DNA of 64,000 nucleotides from Candidatus Latescibacterota bacterium (GCA_963791045.1 CAWBQK010000006.1:320001-384000); one strand, 5' to 3'; shown: positions 39,872-50,279, counted from the first letter of the stretch. A program made the numbers and translations. Notes: a model not told the origin generated them from the letters alone.

Positions 39872-41053
39872 ATGCGCGCCATCGATGTAATCTTTGAGAC
39901 GTTGGCCCACTTTGTTAAGCGGGACGACAGCCCGCCGCCCGGTATCCCCGCGCGCGTGGGCCCCCAATTCGAACGCGAATTTGTTTCGTTGTGCGAGTGG
40001 CATTCTCTCTCTCCGATCGTCGTTGAATCGCTTGGCAAACTCGCCCTGGGCCCGGTTTTATCCGATTTTAGCTGCCGCCGGCTCAGGTCGAATGCCGCGT
40101 TTTTGCGGGCCCGAAACGAAACGACATTCGAGGATCTCCGAGAGCTTGTCGGGCGCTTAGCCGAAATGAACGTACCCTGTCTCGTTATGGACGACGTCTT
40201 GTCGGCGCTTTCTCTATGTTCCGATCCATCCGACCGCCCAGTCGAATCGATAAATCTCCTCGTACACGAAAGCGACTGGGAGTCGATTGTCACGCTGTGT
40301 GGCAAACTGGGGTACAAAAGGGACGTTCGGGATCCGGAGTTCGAGAGCGGGGATGATGCCCTCGATTATTATCAGTATTTCACTCCATGCCGTCTTCGAA
40401 ATGAAAAAGGAACCCAGTTGGGATTGAGCTTTCGTCTCTTCGATCTTGGCGACCCCGAACCCGAGGAAGCGGCCTGGCGTCATGCGCGGGAGTTCGACGC
40501 AGGTGGAGTGAAGTTGATGGGTATCGGGTTCGAAGATCATTTCCTGCGAACGTGTATGCGGCTCAATATGACACGGTTCGAAAGGCTCCTGTTTGCCGTG
40601 GACGCGGGACTGGTTTTGTCGGGACATGGGGATGGACTTGACTGGGCTTATATCGAGAAACGCGTCCGCGCCAGATCGTTCTACCCGGCTTTCTATTGTG
40701 CGTGCGACCGCGTCATGGATTCGCTCGCATTCCCCGCGGTGCGCCGAATGACACCGGCGCCGGGCAGAGCGCGCAAAAGGATGTTCGACATGATTTGGCG
40801 GCCGGGACGTTTGGGGCTGCTCGCGGGCAGACAGATTCGGTCCCACCGCTTCCGGTTTTATTTTCTTGAAAGCGGAACGCTTGCCGAGAAATTGCAACTC
40901 GTCGCGAAGCTAGCCGCGCCGCGGCCGGAATGGGTGTCTGCATTCTTCGGACGCCCCTACAAACCATGGCTGAAATACAAATTTGTCGTTCAAACGTTTA
41001 CAAGCCGGCACGGTATGCCGCTTGAACAGGGGAAGGACCTTCGCTACCAGTGA
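39872..41053 (+). CDS. Uncharacterised nucleotidyltransferase-family (NTP_transf_5-like) protein, degenerate active site
   Basis: W H.LSP, L.E..VP.LV, RPVESINLLV, LGY, D...LDW..I pattern; LKG and DxD replaced. Confidence 0.65.
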   Translation: MRAIDVIFETLAHFVKRDDSPPPGIPARVGPQFEREFVSLCEWHSLSPIVVESLGKLALGPVLSDFSCRRLRSNAAFLRARNETTFEDLRELVGRLAEMNVPCLVMDDVLSALSLCSDPSDRPVESINLLVHESDWESIVTLCGKLGYKRDVRDPEFESGDDALDYYQYFTPCRLRNEKGTQLGLSFRLFDLGDPEPEEAAWRHAREFDAGGVKLMGIGFEDHFLRTCMRLNMTRFERLLFAVDAGLVLSGHGDGLDWAYIEKRVRARSFYPAFYCACDRVMDSLAFPAVRRMTPAPGRARKRMFDMIWRPGRLGLLAGRQIRSHRFRFYFLESGTLAEKLQLVAKLAAPRPEWVSAFFGRPYKPWLKYKFVVQTFTSRHGMPLEQGKDLRYQ

Positions 41054-41283
41054 AACCCAGCATCGTCCTGGATACACGCGGATTGTTTTGTCCGCTGCCG
41101 ATCGTAAAGACGTCCGACGCGATCAAGAGTGTCGATCCCGGATCGATAGTCGAAGTCGTTTCGGATGATCCGGCGATCGAGTTCGATCTCCCCGCGTGGT
41201 GCCAGAGCCAGGGGCACGCTATACTGTCGGCGAAAAAAGAAGAGGGCATTTACCGCTACCTTGTCAAAAAACGCCGTGCCTAA
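41050..41283 (+). CDS. tusA: TusA/SirA/YedF family sulfur (selenium) carrier
   Basis: LDTRGLFCPLP, VSDDP, DLPAWC; GTGA overlap with upstream gene. Confidence 0.92.
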   Translation: MKPSIVLDTRGLFCPLPIVKTSDAIKSVDPGSIVEVVSDDPAIEFDLPAWCQSQGHAILSAKKEEGIYRYLVKKRRA

Positions 41284-41400
41284 GTTTGGGGACGGTGATG
41301 ACGCCCTCACCGCTCAGTATCGCGGCGTCGGACCACAAGCATGTAGCAGCATTGAGCCGCCGCTCAAATTCGGGTTCGAACGTCATCACCGTCCCTCAAC
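41284..41400. repeat. 117-bp element with terminal inverted repeats (MITE/REPIN-like or structured RNA)
   Basis: GGGACGGTGATGACG (41289-41303) and CGTCATCACCGTCCC (41381-41395) are perfectly complementary; 18/20 when extended. Confidence 0.7.
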
Positions 41401-41434
41401 ATATGGTGTGATCAGCTTGGAGTGATTTCTGAAA

Positions 41435-42481
41435 ATGACTGATGGAAAAAAGATAAGACTGACGCAGTACGCGTCGTGCGCCGGCTGAGCGGCCAAGTTC
41501 AGCGCGGCGGGTCTGCGCGATATACTCAAACACGTGCCGCCGTCGATCGACCCCAATCTTCTCGTGGGGTTTGGTGCGGCGGACGATGCAGGTGTGTACC
41601 GTCTCGACGATGATACGGCACTCGTGGTTACGGTCGACTTCTTTACCCCCATTGTTGATGACCCTTTTGATTTTGGCAGGATCGCCGCAGTGAACTCCTT
41701 GAGCGACGTCTACGCGATGGGTGGAGAGCCTCTCGTTGCGCTCAACGTCGCGGCTTTTCCCGAGGGGAAATTCCCTCCCACCGTTCTTGCCGATATTCTC
41801 AAAGGCGGCGCGGCCGGCGCGCTCGCGGCGGGGGTCGTGATTGCCGGGGGCCATACCGTGGCCGACGAGGAACTCAAATACGGTTTGTCGGTTGTCGGCA
41901 AGATTCACCCCGACCGCGTGATCCGCAACGACGGCGCTCGCCCCGGTGACGATCTCGTGCTGACGAAACCTCTGGGCACGGGTGTGCTTTCAACGCGTCA
42001 CAGGGCGGGGCAACTCGACGAGCCTGGATACGGCGTTCTCGTCAATTCAATGGCGATGCTCAATAAGCAGGCATCGGAACTAATGCGGGATTTCGACGCG
42101 CATGCGTCGACGGACATCACGGGGTACGGATTTCTGGGGCACACATTCGAGATGGCTGAAGGCAGTGGTGTCACGATCGAGATTCTTGCCGAAGCGATTC
42201 CCACACTGCCCGGCGCGATTGATGCCGCCAGGGATGGTTTCCTGACCGGTGGTGGGGGAACCAATCGAATTTTTGTGGCGGATCGTCTTAAATGGAAAAC
42301 CCCCTCGGATGAGATTCTGGAGCACATCCTCTTTGATCCCCAGACCTCCGGCGGACTGCTGATCGCAATCCCTCATGAAAAGAGCGCGCGCTTCTTGAAG
42401 GAACTCGAGCTCGTTTGTCCCCACGCCGCAATCGTTGGGCGTGTCACGAATCGCCAGGATACGCCGCTCGTGGTTGTTTGA
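41435..42481 (+). CDS. selD: Selenide, water dikinase SelD, Sec-containing (TGA 41486-41488)
   Basis: MTDGKKIRLTQYASCAG-U-AAK in frame with DDAGVY, TVDFFTP, NSLSDVYAMGG, GGHT, LTKPLGTG, DITGYG, DPQTSGGL. Confidence 0.96.
41502..41518 (+). promoter_or_regulatory. Putative bacterial SECIS element of selD
   Basis: GCGCGG/CTGCGC stem with CGGGT loop at +14..+30 after TGA; contains GGTCTG. Confidence 0.6.
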
Positions 42482-42517
42482 TTTTTCCCAGGTTGAAAAG
42501 AACGCCGGCCGGCGCGA

Positions 42518-43840
42518 TCAGAAGTTCAACGTCATGCGGCGCTGCTTGATGGGCGCTGGTTTGGAGACGAGTATCGTTTCGTCGGTCAGGCTGGGATCGA
42601 AGAGATCCACCAGATACGAATCGCGCACGATGTCGTAGAGAAGCCGTTCGTCCTTGGGTACGGGGCGTTTGGATGGAAGCTTGACCGTCCGCGGGTTGAC
42701 GAAGCGGTCACCGATCTTGATTCGGTAGTCGAGGTGTGGACCCGTGGAAATTCCCGTCGAGCCGACATAACCAATGACCTGCCCCTGTTGGACCCTCGCG
42801 CCTTTGCGCACGCCTTTGCCAAAGTTTCTTAGATGGAGATAGTAGGTCGTGTACCGGTTGTTGTGCCGGATCTTGACGTAGTTCCCGTTCGCGGAATGTC
42901 GTTCCGCCGCCACGACCGTCCCGCCCCCCGTCGCCCGCACCGGCGTTCCTATTGGCGCCGCGTAGTCGACCCCGAGATGCGGGGAGTAGTGTTTCTTGAC
43001 GGGGTGCATCCTGCGGTAGCTGAAGTTCGACGATACACGCGAATATTTCAAGGGGGCTCGGAGAAGCGATTTTTGCAGCGATTTTCCCTTTTCATCGAAA
43101 TAACTGGGTTCTCCGCTTGCAAGAATGTAGCGAAATGCGAAATGTTCCTCGCCCTGACAACAGATCCTTGCCGCGAGGACGTGCCCGATTAGTGAGCGTC
43201 CGTCGGGGAACACCTTTTTCTCGAAAAGGATCGAAAACGTGTCGTTGGCCCGGATATCCTTAAAGAAATCAATGTCCCACTGAAAAATAACCGCGAGATA
43301 AGAAGCGAGTTCCGGGTCGGCATCGATCCTCTGGAGTGTGACATATATCGACTGGTCGATGATTCCACTCGCGACAAAATGATCGACGCGGTAGGGAATC
43401 GTATCGATCCGGCTTTCGTACGATTCGCCAATCTTCTGGACATTGAGGATTTTCTCGTTATCCACGATGAACCTGAGACTGTCGAGATCGCCGTCGCCGT
43501 CCGAGTACACCGAAAACTTCTGTCCCGGCTGGACTTTCTTGAAATTGAAATTGTCACGCGTTGCGCTGACGATGTTCTGGATTTCAAGCGGTGAAATCCC
43601 CGCCCGCTGCATTTCTACAAAAAACGGTGTGCCCCGCGAGATCTCGCCATGGACGACGGACTCGGATTCGAGCTGTGTGGCGGCCATGCTGGCGGTGGTC
43701 TCGTTGTCGTTCAGGAGACCTTCGAGTGATTGCTTGGAATTGTCTTCCGCGCCCATGCGGAGCGGTGACAGTACCGAGTCCCGAGCCGCATAGAGTCCGA
43801 AGGCGGCGAGCATGATCAAGATGGGCAAGAATTTTCGCAT
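42518..43840 (-). CDS. M23 peptidoglycan DD-endopeptidase (MepM-like)
   Basis: N-terminal anchor, WDIDF, RMHPV, HLGVDYAAP, YLHL, STGPHLDY. Confidence 0.92.
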   Translation of the reverse strand: MRKFLPILIMLAAFGLYAARDSVLSPLRMGAEDNSKQSLEGLLNDNETTASMAATQLESESVVHGEISRGTPFFVEMQRAGISPLEIQNIVSATRDNFNFKKVQPGQKFSVYSDGDGDLDSLRFIVDNEKILNVQKIGESYESRIDTIPYRVDHFVASGIIDQSIYVTLQRIDADPELASYLAVIFQWDIDFFKDIRANDTFSILFEKKVFPDGRSLIGHVLAARICCQGEEHFAFRYILASGEPSYFDEKGKSLQKSLLRAPLKYSRVSSNFSYRRMHPVKKHYSPHLGVDYAAPIGTPVRATGGGTVVAAERHSANGNYVKIRHNNRYTTYYLHLRNFGKGVRKGARVQQGQVIGYVGSTGISTGPHLDYRIKIGDRFVNPRTVKLPSKRPVPKDERLLYDIVRDSYLVDLFDPSLTDETILVSKPAPIKQRRMTLNF

Positions 43841-43895
43841 GCGAGAATGAGGCCTTTGCTATTTTTGTATGTATACGTCAACCACGGTGCTTTGA

Positions 43896-43911
43896 TGCAA
43901 GCAAAGTACCA
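43896..43911 (-). promoter_or_regulatory. Putative sigma54 promoter of the M23 peptidase
   Basis: TGGTACT-TTGC-TTGCA on minus strand with correct GG/GC spacing, ~55 nt before ATG. Confidence 0.45.
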
Positions 43912-43974
43912 GAATCATCGGACAGAAGGCCCGAATATGGCAAGAGAAATTTTACGGCGGCGAATAGCCGTAAC

Positions 43975-46304
43975 TTATTTAAGGAGAACAAGTTTCCTTG
44001 TGAGGCTTTGTTCTCCCGCTATCACCAGCTGCGCGAAATAGATGCCACTTGGCAGCGGAGTGCCCGTGACGGATTTGCCGTTCCACGTGGCTTCGTACAC
44101 CCCGGGGGCAAGCTGTTTGTCGACCAGCGTCGCAACCGTCTGTCCTGCAACGTTATAGATTCGGAGGCTGACCGCTGTGGGCCCCACGCTCCCGTGGGTC
44201 TCGCCGACCGTGTACGGAATATTGGTGGTCGGGTTGAACGGGTTCGGGTAGTTGGCCCCGAGCCGGCTCGCCAATTGCGGCGGGTCGCCGATCGCCGTGA
44301 TGTCCGCAACCGCGATCGTTTCCGAGTAGCTCCACGGGCTCACCTGGTTTTGGGCGTCACGGGCGCGGACGCGGTATGTGTAGTCCCCCGTCTCGTGGGG
44401 TGTGATGGCGAGAAGCGTGTCGGTGAGACCGGTCGCGACGATATTCTTTGCTTCGTAGGTCGGGACGGGACCGGGAATATCGACGTAGATGCCTTCCTCC
44501 AGATATGCGTAGTCCGTTACATAGTTGACGCGGACTTCGAGCTCCTGCCCGAGAAACTGGGTGAGCGGAAAAATCGCTTCGACCCACCCGCCGCTCGCGC
44601 CGTTTATGCCGTTGCCGCGGTTGTTGCCGTTGCGGATCGCAGTTCGTCGTAATGTTGCCGGGAACGGTTTCCCATGTGGAGCTGCCATTGGTGCTTACTT
44701 CAAAATAGGCATAGTCGTAGTCGGACTCGATGTCGTACCAGGTCTGGAACGTGAATGTGTCCGTTTCAGCCGTGACCGTGTAGAACGTTTCCGTTCTCAA
44801 TGTGTGCGACGAGCCGTCTACCGCCCCCGAGTAGTAACTTCCCGAACCTTCGTACGAACGGGCCGAAGACGTGTAGAAGCCGTCATAAATCCACAGGGGA
44901 GACGTTGTGTTGGCCGGGTCCTCGGCAACCGATCCCAGGTTTTTGTATTCGAGGACGTCGTAGGACATGACCGGATTCGGATCCGCGGGGTCACCCGGGC
45001 TCCAGTTCACCGTATAATGCGGGTAGTACGAATCGTCAACTGCGTACATCGTTGGAACCCAGGGCGGCAGCACGCGATCGGGATTGTCGGCGAGCTGGAG
45101 GAGCAGCATGTTCATCGGGAGAAGGAGATCGAATGTAGGTTGTATCAGCGTGTCGGGTGGGGCAAAGCCACCCTGAGCGGATGAGTTCATTTCGGGCGTA
45201 AAGCAGAAAATGGCGTCTTTGTTGGTTGTGTCACCGTACGCCCAGTCATCCGAGTCACCGTTGACCGGGTAGATGGCGCCCATTGCCAGGTTGCCCGCGA
45301 AGTATCCGTTTGACGACGTCAGCGTATCGCCGAGTGCGAAAAAGAGATCGTGGTCGTCGGTGTAGATCGCGTCATACGCCCATGGGTAGAGGAGGAGTTC
45401 GCCATAGCTGTGATATGAAAAGGCGAGGATGAATTCATGATTCTCGCAGAAGTCCCGGACCGCCTGGGTCTCGGGTTCAGAAAATCCCGACGTGCCACGG
45501 TATGTAATGTTGCTCGGATCCGGGCGACGAACCAACGTCATCGAATCCCCACTGGTAACCATAGTTCCGGTTGAGATCGACGCCGAAGCTCGAGTCGAGA
45601 TTGTCCCGTCGGTTTTTCCGCCACCAATAGTCAGAGTCTCCCGTGTGATTCTGTTCGACGTATACGTGACCGTCGGGGTTGATCATCGGCGCGATATAGA
45701 TCTCGCGGCTGTCGACCATGTCGGTCACTTCGGGGATGATTCCATAATTGGTAAGGAGATATTCGGCAAATTTGAGTGGAACGTCGACACTCATGAGTTC
45801 GCGTGCGTGGTGGTTGCCCATGTACAACACTTCGGGTTCGCCTTCACTCCAGCGCCACGTTATCCGAGATTTTGAGAACGTAAATCGTTGCTGCCTTCGA
45901 TACTCGTCCCCATCGAACTGAGCTCGGCGATGTCGGAATAGGCCGTTGCGAGCGATGTGAGCGCTGTCTCCATCTCTGCATATGTCGAGTAGAGGCCGAG
46001 GTTGGCGTCGAGCTGGGCGGCGGCGCTCACCATATCGGGTGTTCTTACGACCGATATGGGAATCGCGAGTGAGTGGAGGTAAGCGAGTTGCTTGTCGTTG
46101 ACCAGGACGTCATAAAAACCGTCACGGCTGAAAGCGAGGATTTCTATGTCGTGCTCGATTATTGATTTGACCAGCGCTTGTCCTTTGTAGGGCACGCGTA
46201 CGAGGTAAGAGCTGTCGGACGCCGCCGCGGGTTCCGCGGTCAGCCCGAGGACAAAAGACAAAAATAAAAAAGCCGCGCAAAGATCCGGCTAAAAGAACCC
46301 GCAT
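43975..46304 (-). CDS. Secreted M14 zinc carboxypeptidase (carboxypeptidase T-like) with C-terminal FlgD-Ig/T9SS-type domain; five +1 frameshifts in assembly
   Basis: Consecutive fragments give signal peptide, GNHHARE, NPDG, WRKNR, GVDLNRN, SYHSYG, FTPE, WYDIESDYDY, NYPNPFNP...RKLVLLK. Confidence 0.85.
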
Positions 46305-46555
46305 CGTACCCTCCGTGATTGGTGTCGAAGCATTAATCTGTATAGTCGTGGTCGGGCGATTATTATGTAATTATACCGGAGTTTGTCGAAACAATCAATC
46401 GTAAACCCTTTATTCTTAGGTTGTTCTGCGTGTGGTTCTTGTTTGGCGGCCCGAACACTCCGTTGCGTGTTGGCGCTGCATCAATTACATTAACCACATG
46501 GTCATGACAACGCTTTCGACATAAAACTGAATTACTGCAGCTCAATTGGATTTCA

Positions 46556-47389
46556 TTGGAAAAATCTCTCAAAAAACGCCTCGAGATTCTCAAGAACCGC
46601 GCGAAGGAAATCCAGGCGCTTCGCAATGCGCGCCTCGGGATCAGCGATTCAGCAGATGGCGATACATCCTGCACGCTCGACGCCGCCGCGCCGGGTGAGG
46701 CGCGCGTGGTCGATGGGGCGCCGTTTTATCAGATATTGACTCACTGCGAAAATGTGGTCGATGATGCGGCGGATCTCTCGCGCCGATTTGGAGGGCTCGT
46801 GGAACGCGGGCGCTGGAGTGAGATAGCGGCGGAGGAATTCGGCGAGCGGTATACGGCGGGCGAGTTTTGTTTTTTCGATATTGAGACGACGGGGCTTTCG
46901 CCGAACACGTATGTATTTCTTTGCGGGATGATGTATGTCGAAGACGGACGCTTTATCATCGACCAGGCCTTTGCCCGCGACTACTCAGAGGAGATCGGGA
47001 TGCTCCGGTATGTCGAAGACGTCTACCGGCGGTATCCAGTGATGATTACCTACAACGGCGCGAGTTTTGACATTCCATTTGTCGGCACACGGATGGCGGT
47101 TGCGAGGATCGAAAGCGGCGGGCCGACCGCGCATATCGATTTGATCGCCCCGGCGAGACGTGCTTTCAAAAAGACACTTCCAAACTGCAAGCTTGAAACG
47201 ATAGAACGCAACCTTCGCGGTTCCGCTCGTGTCGGCGATATCCCCGGGGCCGAAATCCCGGTGGCGTATCATGATTTTGTCCGTACCGGCGACGCGGCGA
47301 AGATCAAAAAGATCCTGTACCACAACCGTATGGATCTGATTGCGATGGTGTCGCTCATCGACCATCTCATCCCACAAAAGCTCATGTGA
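46556..47389 (+). CDS. mrfB: YprB/MrfB-type RNase H-like DEDD exonuclease
   Basis: FFDIETTGL, TYNGASFDIP, HIDL, LETIE, HNRMD. Confidence 0.85.
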   Translation: MEKSLKKRLEILKNRAKEIQALRNARLGISDSADGDTSCTLDAAAPGEARVVDGAPFYQILTHCENVVDDAADLSRRFGGLVERGRWSEIAAEEFGERYTAGEFCFFDIETTGLSPNTYVFLCGMMYVEDGRFIIDQAFARDYSEEIGMLRYVEDVYRRYPVMITYNGASFDIPFVGTRMAVARIESGGPTAHIDLIAPARRAFKKTLPNCKLETIERNLRGSARVGDIPGAEIPVAYHDFVRTGDAAKIKKILYHNRMDLIAMVSLIDHLIPQKLM

Positions 47390-47486
47390 ACGGCCGGGCG
47401 ACGGCACAACCACCCCTTGTCTCGAATATCGAGTTTTGGAATAGTGCTTTGGATCGCCCCAAACCAGTGCTAAAATACCGCGCAAG

Positions 47487-49948
47487 ATGAAAGTCGAACA
47501 GTTTCTCACAAAACTTCGGTCGTCAAATTTTTACGGCGGCCAAATCGTTCACGCCGAGCGTCTCCCCGAACGCAAGGCGCGCTTTGCCGCGCTTTCGCCG
47601 CCGCCGCCCGATCGAATAGCTCGTATCCTCGACGGCGAAAAAATCAAAAAACTCTATACACACCAGACCGCGTCAATCAAGAACACACGCGCCGGTCGGC
47701 ACGTCGTCGTTGTTACGGGGACGGCGAGCGGAAAGACGATTTGTTACAACATCCCCGTTCTCGAGAAGATCGTTCAGGATCCTTCGGCGTGCGCGTTGTA
47801 TCTGTACCCGACCAAGGCGCTAGCGCAGGATCAGCTGAGGACACTTCACAGGTACCAGGCGGCGGATCCCGAGCTCCCGTTGAAAACGGGAACGTACGAC
47901 GGAGACACGCCCCCGACCACACGAAGAAAACTGAAGAACGAAGCCAATGTGCTTCTCACCAACCCCGACATGCTTCATTCCGGGATTCTGCCAAACCACG
48001 GCACATGGTCGCATTTTTTCAGTCGTCTCAAGTTTGTGGTGATCGATGAGATCCATACGTATCGGGGCGTGTTTGGATCGAATGTAAGCCACGTCCTCAA
48101 CCGTTTGAGCCGGATATGTGCGCACTATGGGGCGTCTCCGGTGTTTATTTGCTGTTCGGCAACCATCAAAAACCCGCTCGAACTTGCCGAGAGGCTGACG
48201 GGCAAATCGATGACGCTCGTCGATGCCGACGGGTCTCCACGCGGCGAAAAGACATTTGTTTTCTGGAACCCGCCTTATATCGGCGAAGATCGTATGGAAA
48301 GAAAAAGCGCCAACGCCGAAGCGGCGCGGGTTCTCGCCGAGCTCGTGGCCGAAGATCACCAGGTGATCACGTTCGTCCGTGCCAGGGTTGTGAGCGAAGT
48401 CATTGCGCGCTACGCGAAGGACATGCTCGACAAGATGTCTCCGTCGCGCGCGAAAACGGTTCATTCGTACCGGGGCGGTTATCTTCCCGAAGAACGCCGG
48501 CGCATCGAGCAGGCGCTTTTTTCGGGGGAACTGAAGGCTGTGGTGAGTACCAATGCGCTCGAACTTGGGATCGATGTGGGGAGTCTCGAGAGCGCGCTTC
48601 TCGTGGGGTATCCGGGGAGTATCGCGTCGACATGGCAGCAAGCGGGACGCGCGGGCCGAGGCAAGGAGCCGTCGCTCGTCATGCTCATTCCGCACGATTC
48701 GCCGATCGACCAGTACATGGTCAAGCATCCCGGCTACTTCTTCGGCCGGTCACCGGAAAACGCGGTGATCGATTCGAAGAATCCACATGTGGTTCTCTCC
48801 CAGGTGCGCTCGGCGGCATTCGAACTGCCGATCGCCAAGAAAGACTGGGATTTCTTTGGAGAATACTGCGGGGCGATCCTTCAGATTCTCGAGGAAGATC
48901 ACCAGCTAAAACGCAAAGCGGATAAGTACTACTGGTCGGGAGGAAGCTACCCGTCCGGCCGATGTATCGCTTAGAAACATCGGGGATCACGTCTACACGA
49001 TCATTGAAGAGGGTGATGAGAACAAGGTCATCGGCACGATCGACGAGATCAGCGCCTTTATGCAGGTTCACAAAGAAGCGGTTTATATGCACGCGGGAGA
49101 GACCTATTTTGTGAACTCGCTCGATCTCGTCAAAAAGATCGCGTTCATTGAAAAGGTCGACACGGACTACTACACACAGTCGATTACCGAGGTCAAAATA
49201 AAGATCGAAGAAGAGGAACTCGAGAAGACGTGGCGAAGGAGCGAGTGCCACTTCGGCGACCTGTCGGTGACGTCGGTCACATACATGTTCAAGAAGATCA
49301 AGTTCGGGAGCCGCGACTCGCTTGGATTTGGCGCGCTCGACCTGCCGCCGCAGACGCTTCTAACAAGCGGTATGTGGCTGATTCCACTCGAAGATGTGTA
49401 TATCCATGTGAAGAAAGCACGGCGTGTGCCCCGTGAAGGTCTGCTCGGGATTTCGAATGTGATCAAAGAGGTTATTCCGATATTTGCCATGTGCGACATT
49501 ATGGATATTGGCGCCGCCGTGGATTCATCGGCGGCGAACGCGCCCGCAATTTTTGTGTACGATCGCTTTCCCGGCGGTCTCGGTTTTGCCCACAAGGCGT
49601 ACGAAATGATAGAGGATGTCATGACGGCGTGCCTCGACCTCATCGACAGGTGTCCCTGTGAGAACGGGTGCCCGTCATGTGTCGGCTCGCCAATCCCGCC
49701 ATTTTCGCAGACCGATCCCGACGCAACGGCGCGCGGCCTTATTCCCGATAAGGAAGCGGCGAAATCAATTCTCCACGCCCTGCTCGAAATGGAAGCGTAT
49801 GTGCCGAGCCTGAGCGAAAGGGAAGACGAGGAAGCCGCCGCCGAAGTCGATCTCGCTCTGCTTAAACTCGAAGAAACTTCCGCAGCCCCTGGAAAAGAAA
49901 CTCCGCGAACGCGTCGATTCCCTCAAACGCCCCCGCGCCAAGAAATAA
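47487..49948 (+). CDS. mrfA: Hrq1/YprA/MrfA-type SF2 helicase with DUF1998 Zn domain; +1 frameshifts near 48956 and 49866
   Basis: LYTHQ, TASGKT, PTKALAQDQ, DEIH, SAT, YRGGY, ALELGID, QAGRAGR; CD...YDRFPGG...CPCENGCPSC; likely true stop TAA 49946-49948. Confidence 0.88.
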
Positions 49949-50138
49949 CCCCGACCAACGCCTTTGCGCCTCGGGACGATGCGGTCTTTCTCTGGCCCTC
50001 GCGTGAAGGCCCGGCACGGGTCCTGTCATCGGTCACCCCGCGCGTGCTCGCTTAAGCTTCGTGCGGATCGCTGATTCGCTGATAGCAGCGATTTGCACTC
50101 GGTTTACTCATCTGCCGACAACAATGCCGTGTTTGCCA

Positions 50139-50200
50139 CCCGCACTCCGCTACGCTCGACGTGCGCGGGGGCCCCACCGGCGAGCGAAGCGAAGTGCGGG
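50139..50200. repeat. REP-like long hairpin between convergent genes
   Basis: CCCGCACTCCGCTACGCTCGAC ... GGCGAGCGAAGCGAAGTGCGGG, 19/22 complementary. Confidence 0.6.
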
Positions 50201-50279
50201 GTATCATGCTCAGAGGCTTCAACAACCCAGAACGCGAGCAGCCACCCGTGCCTGCTCTCAAAGAGGAAGATCGCGCCGT

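Noticed and set aside
41360-41385. GGTTCGAA resembling a tRNA T-loop near selD (tRNA-Sec candidate)
   Set aside because: No acceptor, D or anticodon arms and no UCA anticodon loop can be built
43975-46304. M14 peptidase, and likewise wecB, rfbC and mrfA, as pseudogenes
   Set aside because: All breaks are single-base insertions with intact catalytic motifs and no nonsense codons; sequencing error is more likely
46452-46466. GAAC...GTTG as a LexA box upstream of mrfB
   Set aside because: Wrong spacing and a mismatch relative to GAAC-N4-GTTC
47487-50055. DUF1998 helicase as DISARM/Druantia defence
   Set aside because: Single Hrq1/MrfA architecture with a YprB partner; no methylase or other defence genes adjacent
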